Assembly (NCBI GenBank): GCA_002633005.1 | Contig: NMRA01000330.1 | Coordinates: 186,001-250,000 of the forward strand | Direction of reading: 5' to 3' | Source: Phoronis australis | Taxonomy: Eukaryota; Animalia; Phoronida | Length of the DNA stretch: 64,000 bases | In this document: positions 63,501 through 64,000 of the stretch, piece by piece | Numbering within the stretch: the stretch's first letter is position 1 | How the letters are laid out: every line of letters starts with the position of its first letter | The notes under the pieces: generated by a model | What the model was told of the DNA's origin: nothing | Database searches by the model: none | Seen by the model: the letters and a program-made list of their open reading frames with translations, nothing else | Made by a program: the position numbers and the translations under genes

Positions 63501-64000
63501 ACATGGATCAAACACGCTCACTGTCAAGAAAGGAGAGAGTCAAACGTAATAACTCGTATTTGACCGGCCGCCTTAGATGGGAGAGGGCTTATTGGGATCG
63601 GTAAAATTGGTCTACCGATCGATATTTCGGTGGCGAAACTGAAAACAATCAATCACGAATGTCTATTCAATTTTCAGATCAAGTAGGAGATTATACGTCC
63701 CGGAACCTTATAGATTTCTGTTAATATCGACAGACGATAGGATTTGACATTTTTGGAAGACGTTGAGGATTTTGTAGTGTTTCGTTTTACCACGATCTAG
63801 ACATCATACACCTGAAAATGTTAACACGCTGAAGACTACCGCCTCAAGTGTTGACCGCCATTGTATGAACCGAGGTTATCCGTAAACAGCCCCACCCAAA
63901 ATAAAACAGTTTCGTGAGCGTATGTTCGACAAAATTTCCGAATGTATGTCTAATTTGAATATGAATTTGATGACTTGATCGTGTGAATGCGATTGAATCC

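Overview
Eukaryotic, invertebrate-metazoan genomic DNA with spliceosomal introns, many repeats and one 624-N gap. Most ORFs in the supplied track are spurious. Reading splice sites directly gives four protein-coding genes: (1) a 14-coding-exon, ~701-aa ankyrin-repeat gene on the minus strand (3564-17217) in which every intron is phase 0; (2) a two-exon PTB/PID-domain adaptor on the plus strand (39310-41561); (3) a small spliced gene on the minus strand (47775-53806), largely missed by the ORF track, encoding signal peptide + 2 LDL-receptor class A modules + a 10-Cys Ly6/uPAR three-finger domain + a GPI-type tail; (4) an intronless, motif-divergent class A GPCR (58225-59241) with an upstream ORF overlapping its start at ATGA. 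A ~9.3-kb tandem array of ten minus-strand 5S rRNA genes/pseudogenes (21.8-31.1 kb) has ~0.9-kb units, shared non-canonical substitutions, trimeric higher-order structure and a conserved CRE-TATA-CRE/hairpin module in each spacer that faces antisense to 5S; this module also occurs alone at 35.5 kb. The rest is MITEs (including a Harbinger-like 150-bp family inserted inside a 5S gene), decayed LINE fragments and minisatellites. All calls were made by eye; no database searches were run.
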